64,000 nucleotides of DNA, from positions 1,860,001-1,924,000 of the forward strand of contig CP154954.1 in assembly GCA_039621445.1 (NCBI GenBank). The letters run 5' to 3'. The DNA comes from Euglena gracilis. Taxonomy: Eukaryota. The translations under genes were made by a program, and so were the position numbers. The notes below the pieces were generated by a model. That model searched no databases. It worked only from the letters and a program-made list of their open reading frames with translations, and had not been told where the DNA came from. Positions within the stretch are counted from its first letter, which is position 1; the number at the start of each line of letters is the position of its first letter. This document shows positions 61,821-64,000 of the stretch, in pieces.

Positions 61821-64000
61821 TTATAATTTATCAATAGTTTCAAACTCAAATTTAATTTCTTTCCAAACTTCACAAGCGGCAGCAAGTTCTGGACTCCATT
61901 TACAAGCCTCACGAATAACATCACCACCTTCACGAGAAAGATCACGACCTTCATTTCGATAAAATTAAACCAAAAAAAAGGTTCATTTTTAAACTAAACG
62001 TACTCATATAACTGTATGTAGCTTTTTTTTTTATTTTAATTTTATTTTAAAGTATCTTATAATGATTTTTAATTTTACTCAAATTAATTATTTATTATTA
62101 TGATTTAAAGTAATTTTTCTTTTAAAAAACTAAATTTTACTTTCAAATTTATTTAATTATGTAAATTTTTTGTTGCGATAATATCAACATAATTTCTATT
62201 TTATAGGAAAAGAAATTCCATTAGAATTTTTGCATTTTTATCATAAATTTAATTTCCATTAAAAACAAAATATAGTTTTACCAAAATTAGACTTACTAAT
62301 AAGTATTTCTTGGCTATAAGTAAAAATATAAAATAATTATTAAAATAATTTAATTAAAATTGGTTAAAAGTATTAAATTGTAAAAATTGTTTAAACCCGC
62401 ACAGCTTGTACGCAAGCCTCAGAAGCTACACGATTAGCAGCAGCACCTGGATAAAATTAAGCAAATAGCAATAGCTCATTTTCAAGTTGTAAATATTATT
62501 GACTTATAATATACAATTTTTCATAAATTAAAAATCTTTTTTAACTTAATATTTATAAGTTTAAAAAATAAAACATAAAAATGTTCTAACTTTAATTAAA
62601 AACTATAAAATTTAATTAGTATTTCTTATAATGTTTTATTTTTATAAAATAAAAATTATTGAAAAAAATGTAATAAAAATGCTATTTTAAAATTTATTAA
62701 AATCAAAAACAATTACTTTTAACTATAAATCACTTAAATTTATTATATAATTTTATACGGATAAAAGACAATAATTTTAATATTATTAACGGCAATATGT
62801 TCATGAAATCAAGAATTTTGAAGAATATGAAACCATAATTACACTAAAAAAAACATTATTTAGAACACACAGCATTTCCCCAAGGATGACCTAAAGTTCC
62901 ACCACCAAATTGAAGACAAGCATCATCACCAAAAATTTCAGTAAGAGCCGGCATATGCCATACATGAATGCCACCTGAAGCAACAGGCATTGTACCACCC
63001 ATACCACACCAATCTTGAGTAAAATAAATTCCACGAGAACGATCTTTTTCAACGTAAGCATCACGCATTAAATCTACAAAACCTAACGTTACTTCGCGTT
63101 CACCTTCTAATTTACCAACAACTGTTCCAGAATGAAGATGATCACCACCAGACATACGAAGTGTTTTAGCCAATACACGGAAGTGAATACCATGATTTCT
63201 TTGACGATCGATAACAGCATGCATAGCGCGATGAATATGTAATAATAAACCATTATCACGACAATACATTGCCAAGGAAGTGTTAGCCGTAAAACCACCT
63301 GTTAAATAGTTAAAATAGAAAATTTAAATTTTATAGTTTTCTCTTTACAAACTTGGCAAGAACTTTGAAATTCACCAACGCTTTTAAAAATTAATTACTT
63401 ATTAACAAATCAAAACTTATATTATTAAACAAATATATCAAAAATTCAATTTATAAACCTAAAAATTTTATGCTTTTTTCAAACAAATAGAAATTTAATT
63501 TTTATCTTATTAAAATAAATAAAAAATATCCGTAAAACCAAAAAATTAATAAACTTTTTTATAAAAAAATCCAATATCATCCGCACAAATAAAAATTTTT
63601 TATATTTAAAATTTTACTTAAAAAATAAATTTATTTATATTTTTTATAGTAATTTTCTCTATATTTTTCTATTTTTGATAAAAAGCTTGTCTCATGCATA
63701 TTATAATTGGAACACCAATTTGTGCGGCAAAAGAAGCACGTTGTGGATTTTAATACTTATCATAAAAAGTTATTTTAATAGTCTTTTTCAATACAAAATT
63801 TTTTAAATTAATATATCTGATTTTTTGAATACATAAGTTTACTTTTTATTTTTTATGCTTTGTTTCATAAAAATTAGTATTGTTAATTTTTTTTGTATTA
63901 GTTTTTTTTATTTGAATTAGTAGTTTATCGCCAAGAGAAATTTTAATTTTTGAGTACTTGTTTTATAAGTATAATGTAATTTTATGATATTATAAATCAA
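61821..64000 (-). CDS. rbcL: RuBisCO large subunit, 3' exons (~63690-63743, 62871-63310, 62403-62450, 61821-61958) with group II introns; continues beyond the window
   Basis: [65 protein letters not shown]. Confidence 0.98.

Overview
The window has three parts. (1) 1-29.5 kb is GC-rich, highly repetitive eukaryotic nuclear DNA, most likely Euglena. It contains a modular macrosatellite, a 163-bp A-tract satellite, a 19-bp palindromic satellite, several long hairpins and a near-perfect copy of the Euglena spliced-leader exon at 14088-14113. It also holds a 3.7-kb repeat array (constant core plus variable modules) directly downstream of a minus-strand Helentron/Helitron2-type Rep-Helicase gene (~18.5-27.0 kb). 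That gene encodes N-terminal zinc fingers, an HUH Rep domain, a PIF1 helicase, more zinc fingers and a C-terminal OTU protease, and is split by frameshifts. (2) 29.5-37.4 kb is an aperiodic, almost purine-free C/T tract that looks like failed long-read basecalling; its giant ORFs are spurious. (3) 37.7-64 kb is Euglena gracilis-type chloroplast DNA rich in group II/III introns and twintrons: rpl22(3'), rps3, a degraded stretch, a 1564-bp inverted duplication, rps8(3'), rpl36, trnI, rps14, trnF, trnC, rps2, atpI, atpH, atpF, atpA, rps18, psaJ, trnP, trnS, rpoA, psbZ, rpl12, rps9, psaC, rpl32 and rbcL(3'). The nuclear-plastid join is more likely an assembly chimera than a true NUPT. The best candidates for new biology are the OTU-bearing Helentron with its adjacent modular array, and the spliced-leader relic. 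All identifications come from reading motifs by eye; no searches were run.
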